A stretch of DNA of 63,785 bases from Ignavibacteriota bacterium (GCA_016197185.1 JACPWH010000199.1:1-63785); one strand, 5' to 3'; shown: positions 1-9,438, numbered from the stretch's first letter. Numbers and translations: made by a program. The notes: generated from the sequence alone by a model not told the origin.

Positions 1-1250
1 GCAGAGTTAAGCGTACCACCAAAGCGAACACTGTCACCATTTCTTGTCAAGCCGTTAGTAAACGTAAGACTTTTTTCATAATCAATACCGGGGATGGCAA
101 CTGACAAATTCCCCGTCACAGGATCAGCCTTAACAACACCACCTGCATTTAATGCGCTGAATTGGATAGCACCCGAAGATGTTATGCCTGTAGCAGCAGT
201 GATTGCACCGGTGGCATTAACTTGAAACTGAGAAGTGGAACCGACAGAGAAGAGACCGATTGGGTTGGTAGTACCGACACCAACACTTGCACCATTATCG
301 AAGAGTTGTGAGTTTTGAAGGGTCAAACCGTCAGCAGCCCATTTAGTCACGAAATTTGCAGTACCGCTTCCGCCTACCACATTTCCACCCGGCAGGTTAA
401 GAGTACTAAGCTCACCAAGTGAATTTGATGTCACCAATCGTGTTCCTGTTCCTGCTAATGATTGCAAACGAACGCTTGCAATACCCTGAGTACCCCCAAC
501 TTCCAATAAATATGTAGGGCTTGCCACACCGATACCGACATTACCTTGACCGCTAAATGAGAAATTGCTGTTATTAAGATTTATCGTTGTATTAAATGCC
601 AAGCCCCCGCCAAGCATTACACTGTTACCACTACGTGTAATTCCATTAGAAAAACCGAGAGGAGCTTCTACATCACCTGCTGCTCCTACAACTGCCGAAA
701 CTAACGTACCTGTACCCGGCACAGCCTTTACAATTCCACCTGAAACAAGGGATGCTACACTTACTTCACCTATCGCCGAGATTCTCAACCTTTCAACATT
801 GCTTGTTTTTAATACAAGGTCTTTCGGGTCGGTTGTTCCTAAAAAGTTCGCACTGCTCGTACCTGCATTACCGCGAAGTGTCCATGCCATTGTATCGACA
901 AGACTCGAAAACGAGGAAACCGACGTTATAAACGGTATCCATGTAAGTCCGTTGTAGTAATAAAATCCTGAAGCACCATCAGTTTGGTATATGAGCAAAC
1001 CCGTAGTAGGAGCAAGAATTGAGTTCTTCTGCAAGCTCGTCATACGGGGAGTTAAGAACCCCTTCGGAGACGACAGGAGCTCAATACTCAGGTCTAAAAC
1101 TGCCGATTGATCGGGGTTTTTCGTACCAATACCAACGTTTTCTTGTGCTAAAGTATTTCCAACCGTAAACGGCAGAAAAAGTGCAGTGAGCAGCAGTAAA
1201 ACAGCAAATATTTTGCCGTACTGAACTCTATCTTGTGAAGTTCGTTGCAT
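1..1250 (-). CDS. Secreted Gly/Thr/Ser-rich repetitive surface protein; only the 5' part is present (runs off the window at position 1)
   Basis: ATG is the rc of 1248..1250. The N-terminus MQRTSQDRVQYGKIFAVLLLLTALFLPFTVGNTLAQ looks like a signal peptide. I checked this frame codon by codon over 3..660 and by translating from 1250 down to about 690, and found no stop. It is absent from the ORF track because it has no stop inside the window. Family not recognised. Confidence 0.7.
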   Translation of the reverse strand, partial: MQRTSQDRVQYGKIFAVLLLLTALFLPFTVGNTLAQENVGIGTKNPDQSAVLDLSIELLSSPKGFLTPRMTSLQKNSILAPTTGLLIYQTDGASGFYYYNGLTWIPFITSVSSFSSLVDTMAWTLRGNAGTSSANFLGTTDPKDLVLKTSNVERLRISAIGEVSVASLVSGGIVKAVPGTGTLVSAVVGAAGDVEAPLGFSNGITRSGNSVMLGGGLAFNTTINLNNSNFSFSGQGNVGIGVASPTYLLEVGGTQGIASVRLQSLAGTGTRLVTSNSLGELSTLNLPGGNVVGGSGTANFVTKWAADGLTLQNSQLFDNGASVGVGTTNPIGLFSVGSTSQFQVNATGAITAATGITSSGAIQFSALNAGGVVKADPVTGNLSVAIPGIDYEKSLTFTNGLTRNGDSVRFGGTLNS

Positions 1251-1455
1251 AATAGTAAAATTCCGACTATGCAGATAGTCAGATTTTGCAATGAAATTGT
1301 AAATAAATTTTGCCATATAATGTACCTGTTCAACGTGTATTGTATGCAGCCTCGGGGGATAGCTTTTGCATTGTGCGAAATTAGCATTTAATTGCTATAC
1401 CAGTCAATCCGTAAAACTACGTATTTTAACAACTGATTTCAGCTTTCGAGCCTTT

Positions 1456-2121
1456 TCAAGAACCATTTTCATTTAAAACAGCGAAACGCACCAAGCCCGC
1501 CGTATTCTTAACACCAAATTTTGTTATTAAATTGAATCTGTGAGTCTCTACCGTTCTTGGGCTGATTGATAGTTTATCTGCAATTTCGGAACTTGTAAGT
1601 CCTTTCACTACCATCCCCAGTATCTCTTGTTCGCGCTTCGTAAGTGAGACTGCAGCACCGCTATTATCATCAATTGAAGCTGAATTTCGCTGAATCAATT
1701 GCAGAATTGAACGGCTGAATACTCTTTCACCACGCATAACCGCTTGCAAAGCAGGTAATAATTCTTTCGCTTCAATTTCCTTTGAGAGATACCCGTTCGC
1801 TCCTGCACCTAATGCTTTTTCGAGATGATATGAATCTTCGTGTGCGCTAAGCATAACGATTTTCACATCCGGTGCCTGCTTTTTAATCTCAGAAGCCGCC
1901 CTTATTCCATCCATACGCGGCATATTAATATCTAATAATACGATATTCGGACGGTATAAAACAGTAAGAGTAACAGCATCTTCGCCGTTGGTTGCTTCAG
2001 CAATTATCTGAATTGACTGGTCAATTGACAAAAATCGCTTCAATCCGACCCTGACAATTTCGTGATCGTCAGCTAGAATGACCGTTATATTTTGTGCTGT
2101 TTTTTCTTGATAGAAATTCAT
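1456..2121 (-). CDS. Two-component response regulator, NarL/FixJ (LuxR HTH) family; no adjacent sensor kinase
   Basis: REC domain (ILADDHEIVRVGLKRFL, VLLDINMPRMDG, KIVMLSAHED) plus a C-terminal LuxR HTH (LTKREQEILGMVVKGLTSSEIADKLSISPRTVETHRFNLITKFGV). The ORF-track start at 2157 is a TTG that coincides with the -12 box of the sigma-54 promoter. The first ATG is at 2121. Confidence 0.85.
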   Translation of the reverse strand: MNFYQEKTAQNITVILADDHEIVRVGLKRFLSIDQSIQIIAEATNGEDAVTLTVLYRPNIVLLDINMPRMDGIRAASEIKKQAPDVKIVMLSAHEDSYHLEKALGAGANGYLSKEIEAKELLPALQAVMRGERVFSRSILQLIQRNSASIDDNSGAAVSLTKREQEILGMVVKGLTSSEIADKLSISPRTVETHRFNLITKFGVKNTAGLVRFAVLNENGS

Positions 2122-2152
2122 TTGAATGCTGCTCACTCTTTTTTGAAACAAT

Positions 2153-2169
2153 TGCAATTAACGTGCCAA
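2153..2169 (-). promoter_or_regulatory. Sigma-54 (RpoN) -24/-12 promoter
   Basis: The minus strand reads TGGCAC-GTTAA-TTGCA (rc of 2153..2168). This is an exact match to the consensus TGGCAC-N5-TTGCW. It lies about 30 nt upstream of the ATG at 2121. Confidence 0.55.
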
Positions 2170-2230
2170 CCAAATTAATAAACTGTTTTTCAAGATTATT
2201 TGGCTAATATTATTCAATTTCACAATTCTT

Positions 2231-2353
2231 ACCGAGTATTCTTACATAGCGTTTCTTTTTATCCTACAATTCACTTGATTATATTATCTACTATTACCGA
2301 ATTGTCTTACATGACATTTCTTTTTATCCTACAATTTACTTGGTTATATTATC
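2231..2353. repeat. Two tandem 58-bp direct repeats; candidate upstream activator sites for the sigma-54 promoter
   Basis: Copies at 2231..2288 and 2296..2353 are 50/58 identical by hand alignment, with a 7-bp spacer. They lie roughly 65-190 bp upstream of the promoter, in the trmH-like/regulator intergenic region. Confidence 0.8.
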
Positions 2354-2418
2354 GGCTATTCGTTCAAAAACTTCACTTCTTAATATCCATCTCATTAACC
2401 CCTCATTGAAAGAATCAG

Positions 2419-3057
2419 TTACTTCATCACCCATTCTTGTACCAATTTTTTATATCTGTTTTCCTCCATTTGTATTTGCTTGTACATCCCGGATTGATCT
2501 CTTTGCCGAAATGCTTCATAAACCGATACCGCACACGCTACCGAAATATTCAAACTTTGTATCATTCCCATCTGCGGTATAATAAAATTTCCGTCAGCTT
2601 TTTCGATTGCTTCAAAAGAAACTCCCGAATGTTCATTACCGAACACTAAAGCAACAGGTTCCGTTAACTTTAAATCATACAATGACGTTGCTTTGCTGTT
2701 CATGCCGGTTGTATATATACTTTTACCTTCACTTCGTAAATACTTATAGCACTCTTCTACTGATATGAACTTGCGTTGTCCTACCCATTTTCTGGCACTT
2801 GCAGAACTTTTTTCAGCCAAATCAGGAAATTCTTGACCGCCGTAATACACTAAGCATACTTCCAATACACCGACAGCATCACATGAACGGAAAACAGCCG
2901 ATACATTATGGGCATCATGAACATTTTCAAGGACGACTGTTAATGTAGGTTGACGCTTGGATACTATCCGTTTTATTTTTTCAATTCGTTGTTCTGTTGC
3001 AAGTTTAGATAGATCTATAAGGTTTCTATCGTTTTGAGAGTTATTATTTTCATCCAT
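2419..3057 (-). CDS. SpoU/TrmH-family RNA 2'-O-ribose methyltransferase
   Basis: SpoU motifs are present: LTVVLENVHDAHNVSAVFRSCDAVGV, LVFGNEHSGVS and IPQMGMIQSLNISVACAVSVYE. Confidence 0.85.
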   Translation of the reverse strand: MDENNNSQNDRNLIDLSKLATEQRIEKIKRIVSKRQPTLTVVLENVHDAHNVSAVFRSCDAVGVLEVCLVYYGGQEFPDLAEKSSASARKWVGQRKFISVEECYKYLRSEGKSIYTTGMNSKATSLYDLKLTEPVALVFGNEHSGVSFEAIEKADGNFIIPQMGMIQSLNISVACAVSVYEAFRQRDQSGMYKQIQMEENRYKKLVQEWVMK

Positions 3058-3096
3058 TGTTTTCCTATTTATACTGTTAGACTTCTAAATTGACTC

Positions 3097-3130
3097 TAAA
3101 AAAAGAGGCGTTCTCTTATCGGAACGCCTC
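3097..3130 (-). terminator. Rho-independent terminator after the aminotransferase gene
   Basis: Hairpin gaggcgttc / gaacgcctc spans 3105..3130. On the minus strand it is followed by a T-run (rc of 3097..3104). Confidence 0.7.
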
Positions 3131-3170
3131 ATCTTGTCTTCCATTTATTTTCGCTTGAGAAGAGTGTTCT

Positions 3171-4352
3171 TTACTTCTTCGCCCTTAACTCCAATGCATC
3201 CTTAATTCGATTCATTCCTTCTTCAATGTTTTCAACAGAATTTGCATAGCTGAACCGAACAAATCCTTCACCCACAGAACCGAACGCAGTTCCGCTCAAA
3301 CAAGCAACACCTGCATCATAAAGGGAAAAGTCAGCAAATTGCTGTGAGGTCATTCCCGTTCCTTCGATATTAGGGAATACATAGAATGCTCCTTTCGGAC
3401 TATGGCAGCGAACTCCGGGCATATCATTCAATCTTGCGACTATTACATCGCGTCGCAGTTTGAATTTATCTACAAATTCATGAGCCATTGCATCTGTGTT
3501 TGTGCTTAATGCTTCTATTCCAGCAATTTGCGAGAAACTTGACGTACAACTTGTACAATTGGTTTGTAATTTTGATACTACTTTTGCAATTTCCTCAGGC
3601 ATTGCACCATACCCCATTCTCCAGCCGGTCATTGCAAATGTTTTCGAGAAGCCGTCCAATAAAATTGTACGCTCTTTCATTCCTTCAAATTGCAAAATTG
3701 TTTCATGCTTGAAATCATCGTAAGTGATTTGTGAATATATCTCATCAGCCAGAACGATAATATCATGTTTAATCGCCAAATCTGCAATTGCCCGTAAATC
3801 TTCATGGGTAAGAATGCCACCCGTAGGATTTTGCGGGGAATTGATGATCATCATTCTTGTTTTCTTTGTGATTCGAGCTTCGAGGTCAGCAATATCAAAT
3901 CGAAATTGCTTTTCCTCTTTAAGAGGAAGTGCAATAGGAGTTGCCCCCAAAAAGTTAATCATGGATTCGTAAATAGGGAATCCGGGATTTGGGTAAATAA
4001 CTTCATCTCCTTCATCTACAACAGCCATCATTCCGTAAAACATTATTGGTTTTGCACCCGGAGTAATCACAATCTCATTTGCGTTATAAATATTCATCCC
4101 CCGTGTGCGATTAATATAGGTGGCAATCGCTTCACGAGCTTGTATCAATCCGTTTGATGGTCCGTAATGAGTAAAACCATTATCCAAAGCAGTCTTAGCA
4201 GCTTCAATTATATTGTGTGGAGTATCAAAATCCGGCTCCCCAATTTCCAAATGAACAATGCTCCGACCTTGAGCCTCCAATGCGCGCGCACGAACCAATA
4301 CTTCAAAAGCAGTTTCCGTTCCCAAACGAGATATTCTGTTTGCTATATGCAT
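3171..4352 (-). CDS. Class I/II PLP-dependent aminotransferase (aspartate aminotransferase-like)
   Basis: 393 aa with NSPQNPTGG and SKTFAMTGWRMGY (the PLP-lysine context). Typical AspC-type length and layout. Confidence 0.85.
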   Translation of the reverse strand: MHIANRISRLGTETAFEVLVRARALEAQGRSIVHLEIGEPDFDTPHNIIEAAKTALDNGFTHYGPSNGLIQAREAIATYINRTRGMNIYNANEIVITPGAKPIMFYGMMAVVDEGDEVIYPNPGFPIYESMINFLGATPIALPLKEEKQFRFDIADLEARITKKTRMMIINSPQNPTGGILTHEDLRAIADLAIKHDIIVLADEIYSQITYDDFKHETILQFEGMKERTILLDGFSKTFAMTGWRMGYGAMPEEIAKVVSKLQTNCTSCTSSFSQIAGIEALSTNTDAMAHEFVDKFKLRRDVIVARLNDMPGVRCHSPKGAFYVFPNIEGTGMTSQQFADFSLYDAGVACLSGTAFGSVGEGFVRFSYANSVENIEEGMNRIKDALELRAKK

Positions 4353-4406
4353 CTCAAATTTTCCCTATTATATAGATAAGTATAAAAATAAATTTTCAAT
4401 GGTAAC

Positions 4407-4829
4407 TTAATCAATCCAAGCCAAAACTTTCAACTCAACTGCTATTGGTGTAGGCAAAGCCCCTATTTCCAAAGTTGTCCTACAAGCATTTATCCCTGCA
4501 AAATGCTCCGCATAGATCCTATTAACAATCGGAAAATCCTTTTTCATATTCGTAAGGAATACAGTTACATCCAAAATATTCTCCCACGACGAACCTGCAT
4601 CTTCCAATATATAACGGATATTTCTGAACACTGATTCAGTCTGTAATACTATATCATAATCTATAATTGACCCATCCTCGTCAAGCGTTACACCCGGGAT
4701 TACTTTTTGTCCGCGTTCACGGGGTCCTACACCCGAAAGGAACAACATATTCCCAACGCGAACGGCGTGTGGATATGCGCCGACAGGCTCTGGGGCACGG
4801 TCGGAATTAAGGATAATTTTAGGATTCAT
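4407..4829 (-). CDS. ridA: RidA/YjgF/L-PSP family reactive intermediate deaminase
   Basis: 140 aa with APEPVGAYPHAVRVGNMLFLSGV and a C-terminal RTTLEIGALPTPIAVELKVLA, typical of the YjgF family. Confidence 0.8.
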   Translation of the reverse strand: MNPKIILNSDRAPEPVGAYPHAVRVGNMLFLSGVGPRERGQKVIPGVTLDEDGSIIDYDIVLQTESVFRNIRYILEDAGSSWENILDVTVFLTNMKKDFPIVNRIYAEHFAGINACRTTLEIGALPTPIAVELKVLAWID

Positions 4830-4916
4830 GGCATTTTTTATCGGTTAGTTTGGGACAAAATAAGGTTTTTTTCTGTAATTATGCAAAAGAGAGAGCATTT
4901 TTCGGGAAAAAGGGAA

Positions 4917-4924
4917 TATTTTTG
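4917..4924 (+). promoter_or_regulatory. Candidate Bacteroidetes-type -7 promoter box (TAnnTTTG) for pfkA
   Basis: TATTTTTG lies 53 nt upstream of ATG 4977. The same box at a similar distance recurs upstream of purF, serS, rplU, motA and the 50084 gene. Confidence 0.35.
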
Positions 4925-4976
4925 AGAAAAATTATAAATGAATCTTTATCTTTCGTTTACTATCTTTGGAGAAAAC

Positions 4977-5936
4977 ATGAAAAAAATTGCAATTCTCACA
5001 AGCGGAACTGATGCACCGGGTATGAATGCACATATCCGTTCGGTTGTTCGGAGCGCAAATGCTCGCGGCGTTGAAGTCATCGGGATACGTCGAGGATTTA
5101 CCGGACTTATCGAAGGGGATTTCTTTACAATCGAACGTAAAGACACTGCCAATATTATTGGCTTGGGTGGCACTATACTCAAAACAAGCCAAAGTGAAGA
5201 ATTTAAAATGCCTGATTTCAGAGCGAAAGCAGCTGATAATCTGATCAAGGCAGGAATAGAAGGTTTGATAGCGTGTGGAGGCGACGGAACTATGAAAGGG
5301 CTCCATCTGCTCCACAGAGATCATGCAATCAAAACAATCGGCGTTCCCGGAACAATTGATAATGACATTTTCGGTACTGACTTTACAATTGGATTCGATA
5401 CGGCAATCAATACTGCTGCCGAAGCAATCGACCGTATTAGAGACACAGCCGACTCGCAAGGGCGTGTCTATATTATAGAAGTAATGGGGAGTGAAGCTGG
5501 ATTTATAGCGACAATGGTCGGTATTGCCTGCGGTGCTGAATACATGGCAATACCGGAAACAATTACCAACGTACCCGATCTTCATCAACGTATCAAACGC
5601 GAAGGCGCACATAAACGATATATCGTTGTTGTTGGTGAAGGTGATGAAGTGGGAGGAGCAGTAGAACTCGCAGCACTTTTGAAAGATTGTTATAATATTG
5701 AATCCCGAGTAGCAGTTCTTGGACATTTGCAACGTGGAGGCAAGCCATCGGTAGCCGATAGAGTTTTGGCAAGTCGATTGGGTCATGGTGCAGTAGAAAC
5801 ACTCATTGGCGGAGCAAGTAATGTTATGGTGGGAGAAGTACATGGGCAGTTGCAAGTAACGTCCCTTCCTCAAACATACGAACGTAAGAAACCATTACAA
5901 GACCATTTGATTCGTCTTGCTGAAGTGCTGGCGTAA
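4977..5936 (+). CDS. pfkA: ATP-dependent 6-phosphofructokinase
   Basis: MKKIAILTSGTDAPGMNA, ACGGDGT, GVPGTIDNDI and VMGSEAGF. The ORF-track start at 4938 adds 13 unlikely codons. ATG 4977 has GGAG a few nt upstream. Confidence 0.9.
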   Translation: MKKIAILTSGTDAPGMNAHIRSVVRSANARGVEVIGIRRGFTGLIEGDFFTIERKDTANIIGLGGTILKTSQSEEFKMPDFRAKAADNLIKAGIEGLIACGGDGTMKGLHLLHRDHAIKTIGVPGTIDNDIFGTDFTIGFDTAINTAAEAIDRIRDTADSQGRVYIIEVMGSEAGFIATMVGIACGAEYMAIPETITNVPDLHQRIKREGAHKRYIVVVGEGDEVGGAVELAALLKDCYNIESRVAVLGHLQRGGKPSVADRVLASRLGHGAVETLIGGASNVMVGEVHGQLQVTSLPQTYERKKPLQDHLIRLAEVLA

Positions 5937-5982
5937 GCACTTATGGAAAACAATTTAGTCTTTATATAATAAGTTCTCCATA

Positions 5983-6330
5983 TAATTTGGAAAGTAATTG
6001 AACCCTTCGACTGACTGTAGATGACATCTCATGTTTTCAAATAACAATTGAGAATTTAGTAGGTAAGTATCTTATTGCAAGTGGACATACCCTTGTCTTA
6101 TACTGACATAAATAAAATATGCTTTAATGTCATTGCATTATTATGCTGCTGACTCGGCGGTTGTCAGGAACTCTTAATGACAGATTCTCTATTTCATTTT
6201 TTTTTGGTTATTACATTATTTTACAGATGGCTTTGCAGGTGGCTGTCAGGAACTCATGGTGACGTAACTTGAATAAGGATAAAAGAATACCGGAATATAC
6301 CTATCATGCTGATCACGTCGAAGCATCGGA
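5983..6330. repeat. Composite intergenic repeat (copy A of a mosaic repeat family)
   Basis: It starts with atttggaaagtaattg. 6013..6183 aligns with 21725..21897. It contains two gtcaggaactc-N-tgac motifs (6163..6183, 6245..6264) and an atgctga...gaagcat palindrome-like motif (6304..6327). No ORF is present. Confidence 0.8.
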
Positions 6331-6477
6331 TATTTGCCAATTTTTCTGATATATTTTTCTAAATCTCAGTTAATTAATTTTGTCTTAACTCTTAATTGAA
6401 CTATCGGACATTGTAATCTTCATTAATTTCAAAAATCACATTACAACTATCTACATTTCCTCATCGGAGACCCAATT

Positions 6478-6753
6478 ATGAAAATAGATTTTTCCGGAAT
6501 TATTCAAATGTTTCAAATGGAGGGCTTTATAGCTCTTGGCAAACTAAAACATCCGGCTACAGACAACCTCGAAAAGAACCTTGACCATGCCTCATTTATC
6601 ATTGATTTGATTTCTGTTCTTGAGGAAAAATCACGCGGGAATCTTACAGATAACGAACAGCGTTTGATTCAGCATACATTGCAGGATTTACGCCTTAATT
6701 TTGTAGCCGAAAGTACTAATCCACTTTCACCATCAACAGGAGAGGCAACGTAA
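6478..6753 (+). CDS. DUF1844-like small protein
   Basis: 91 aa. FQMEGFIALGKLKHPATD...LDHASFIIDLISVLEEKSRGNLTDNEQRLIQHTLQDLRLNF resembles the DUF1844 family. Its stop overlaps the nadK start (TAAATG). Confidence 0.55.
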   Translation: MKIDFSGIIQMFQMEGFIALGKLKHPATDNLEKNLDHASFIIDLISVLEEKSRGNLTDNEQRLIQHTLQDLRLNFVAESTNPLSPSTGEAT

Positions 6754-7626
6754 ATGAATACGTTTGCGTTATTTGCCAACACGCGGAAACCTGCGGCAAT
6801 GCTCTGGGCTGAAAAAGCAGCAGAAATACTCAAAGAATTGAATGTAAATTGTTGTGCTGATGATGAGGTTGTGAATGCATTCTCGCCTGAAATCGCACAA
6901 AATGTCGAGAGAATTAATGTTGAGGATTTTGGAAAGTTTGCTGATGTTGTCATGTCGTTCGGTGGTGACGGGACAATGCTTGCAGCAGCCCAACAGCTTA
7001 TTGACAGTGATGTTCCTCTCATGGGTGTCAATGTAGGTAAATTAGGCTTCCTTGCAGAATTTTCTACTGCCGAACTGAAAGAGGCGATTGTTGCATTGAT
7101 AAACGGTGACTACAGGGTTGTGGACAGAACTGTACTCGAAGCTACTTTGAACGGTGAGAAAGTATATGCACTCAACGAATTTGTAATAGATAAGTATCAG
7201 TCAACAGGTATGATTACTGTGCGTGCATTGGTGGACGGTCATCCGATTGCTGATTACCGCGCAGATGGACTGATATTAACCACACCAACCGGTTCAACTG
7301 CATATTCCCTCTCAAGCGGCGGACCTATCATTGCTCCAAGTGCAGGGGTTCTCTGCATAACTCCGATTTCCCCGCACACACTAACGCTTCGCCCGCTTGT
7401 GATTCCTGATTCTTTGGAAGTTACATTCGAGGTACTCTCATTCTCCGAGGGAGTGATGGTGGTTGCCGACGGGCAGGTTCGTCATAAAATTGCTCAAGGT
7501 GAGCAGTTGGTCGTTAGGCGGTCGGATAATGTGATAAAATTAGTGAAGCATAAGGATATTACGTATTTTGACTTGCTCAGGGCTAAGTTATTGTGGAGTG
7601 CCGATGCTGTGGGGGTAAACGGGTAA
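6754..7626 (+). CDS. nadK: NAD+ kinase
   Basis: SFGGDGTML (GGDGT motif), NEFVI and TPTGSTAYSLSSGGPI. 290 aa. Confidence 0.9.
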   Translation: MNTFALFANTRKPAAMLWAEKAAEILKELNVNCCADDEVVNAFSPEIAQNVERINVEDFGKFADVVMSFGGDGTMLAAAQQLIDSDVPLMGVNVGKLGFLAEFSTAELKEAIVALINGDYRVVDRTVLEATLNGEKVYALNEFVIDKYQSTGMITVRALVDGHPIADYRADGLILTTPTGSTAYSLSSGGPIIAPSAGVLCITPISPHTLTLRPLVIPDSLEVTFEVLSFSEGVMVVADGQVRHKIAQGEQLVVRRSDNVIKLVKHKDITYFDLLRAKLLWSADAVGVNG

Positions 7627-7674
7627 GGATACTTACATGAATCAGTAAGGGATTTTTTTACAAATTGTAGATTT

Positions 7675-9438
7675 ATGATAAACAATACTATGAAAACTCT
7701 CCTACCCTTCCTTCTATTCTTCCTGTCAATAAACTGTTTCTCTCAAAACGGCTTCCCTTACGAACGCCCGTTAAAAATTTCGTGGTCAAACGATGGAATC
7801 ATATTCAACAACACAACAATTTTTCAGGATTCATCCGGTGTTCCGAGTGTCATCCGGTGGAAGGGTGATACACTTGCCTGTGTTTTTCAGTGGTTCAGAT
7901 TGCCGAAGAACTCTCCGAGTTGGGACAGAGTGGCCGTTAAGTTTTCCTATAATGCAGGACAGACTTGGACTGAGCCAACACCAATAATAATCAATGGACT
8001 ACCTACTAAATACCAACGCCCTTTCGATCCGACTCTTGCAGTCATTAGTAATGACAGTTTGAGAATTTACTTTTCTTCAAGCGATGGAATGCCTATCGGC
8101 GGCTTGGATTCACTTGTCAATACCTATTCTGCCGCCAGCACCGATGGAATTACATACTCTTTCGAACCGAATGCACGATTCGATCAGCCAAGTAAACCTG
8201 TTATTGACCCTGCTGTAATTTATTTCAATGGTATGTGGCACTATTCAGCACCGGCAGGACCTCCTCAAGACGGTACATATCATGCTACAAGTAAGGACGG
8301 TCTTAATTTTACATATCAAGGTAAATATTCATCGGATAATCAGCATAATTGGACGGGAAACTTTATGCAGAACTCACCAACCGAATTGAGATTCTACGGT
8401 GCAGGACAAACCATTTGGTATAATTCTTCAATTGACGGAACTATTTGGCAAGGGTATGTTAATACAAACCTCACCGGAGGAGACCCGTCAATTACGACAT
8501 TACCCGGCAATAGATATGTGGCAATATATGTTGGCGAACCCTACAATTCAGGAAAAAACTTCGTATGCGGTGATTCACTTATCGATACACGAGACGGTAA
8601 AAGATACTCAACAGTATTAATCGGTAAAGACTGTTGGATGAAACAGAATTTAGATTTCGGACAATTTGTTCGAAGCGATTCAGCAAGTACAATACATTCG
8701 GATATGCACGACAATGGTATTTACGAAAAATATGTTATCAATAATGATGTTACAAAAGCACTTGTCTATGGTGGTTTATATGAATGGAATGAATTGATGA
8801 ACTATACAGCTGCCAATGGTTCACAAGGATTATGCCCGGCAGGATGGCACGTTTCTACTGATGAAGAATGGCAAAGTCTTATCACGATTTCCGGTGGTCG
8901 TTTACTAAATTCAACTTCCGGCAACGGTGGTAATGCCTTGAAAAACACTGGCGAAGGATTTGGAGCAGGCTCAGGAACAAATACGGTAGGTTTTTCAGCA
9001 AAGCATTCAGGAGATAGAGACGCGTTCGGGATTTTTTATGGATTAACTCTTCGCAGCATTTTCTGGACTTCAACACAAGCCAATTCCATTGAAGCATATC
9101 ACTATACACTTTGGGCATCAAATGATACCATTCAACGTCTTGCATTAGGTAGCAATACAGGTTTTGCGTGTAGATGTGTACAGAATGCGCCGACAGGGGT
9201 CAATGAAAATCATGAAAAGAATAATCAACCATTGGTTTATCCTAATCCATTTATCAGAACGATAAATGTTCAAGCAAATAATGATTCTTATTATGAATTG
9301 GTCAATTCGCTTGGGTTAACCATTTGGTCAGGAAAACATATTGAACTACGAGACTTTTCCGAATTGGTATCGGGAACATATTTCTTAAAAGTAAACAACC
9401 AATTATCTTTCGAAGTATTTAAACTATTAAAAGAATAG
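7675..9438 (+). CDS. T9SS-secreted protein with a Fibrobacter succinogenes major paralogous (FISUMP) domain
   Basis: Signal peptide MKTLLPFLLFFLSINCFSQ. FISUMP-type segment: CGDSLIDTRDGKRYSTVLIGKDCWMKQNL, GGLYEWNE, CPAGWHVSTDEEWQSL, FWTST. The C-terminal Por/T9SS tail is LVYPNPFIRTINV...GTYFLKV. The N-terminal ~290 aa are unassigned. Confidence 0.7.
   Translation: MINNTMKTLLPFLLFFLSINCFSQNGFPYERPLKISWSNDGIIFNNTTIFQDSSGVPSVIRWKGDTLACVFQWFRLPKNSPSWDRVAVKFSYNAGQTWTEPTPIIINGLPTKYQRPFDPTLAVISNDSLRIYFSSSDGMPIGGLDSLVNTYSAASTDGITYSFEPNARFDQPSKPVIDPAVIYFNGMWHYSAPAGPPQDGTYHATSKDGLNFTYQGKYSSDNQHNWTGNFMQNSPTELRFYGAGQTIWYNSSIDGTIWQGYVNTNLTGGDPSITTLPGNRYVAIYVGEPYNSGKNFVCGDSLIDTRDGKRYSTVLIGKDCWMKQNLDFGQFVRSDSASTIHSDMHDNGIYEKYVINNDVTKALVYGGLYEWNELMNYTAANGSQGLCPAGWHVSTDEEWQSLITISGGRLLNSTSGNGGNALKNTGEGFGAGSGTNTVGFSAKHSGDRDAFGIFYGLTLRSIFWTSTQANSIEAYHYTLWASNDTIQRLALGSNTGFACRCVQNAPTGVNENHEKNNQPLVYPNPFIRTINVQANNDSYYELVNSLGLTIWSGKHIELRDFSELVSGTYFLKVNNQLSFEVFKLLKE

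Noticed and set aside
565-957. 130-aa plus-strand ORF
   Set aside because: It is antisense to the open frame of the repetitive surface protein (1..1250, minus strand), which has a signal peptide and a consistent Gly/Thr-rich repeat composition. It is a shadow ORF.
2231-2353. CRISPR array check (this tandem repeat and all long spacers)
   Set aside because: There are only two repeat units with a 7-bp spacer here. Nowhere in the window is there a regular repeat-spacer periodicity or a cas gene.
2200-2582. Two plus-strand ORFs (2200..2409 and 2340..2582) in the regulator/trmH-like spacer
   Set aside because: The first is created by reading through the two tandem 58-bp repeats, so its peptide repeats itself. 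The second is antisense to the 3' end of the SpoU-family gene. I interpret the region as regulatory DNA.
4932-5873. 313-aa ORF on the minus strand, antisense to pfkA (and the nested ORFs 4946..5248 and 5593..5802)
   Set aside because: It lies entirely antisense to a strongly recognisable phosphofructokinase. Its translation is Cys/Ser/Phe-rich with no motif. It is a typical shadow ORF.
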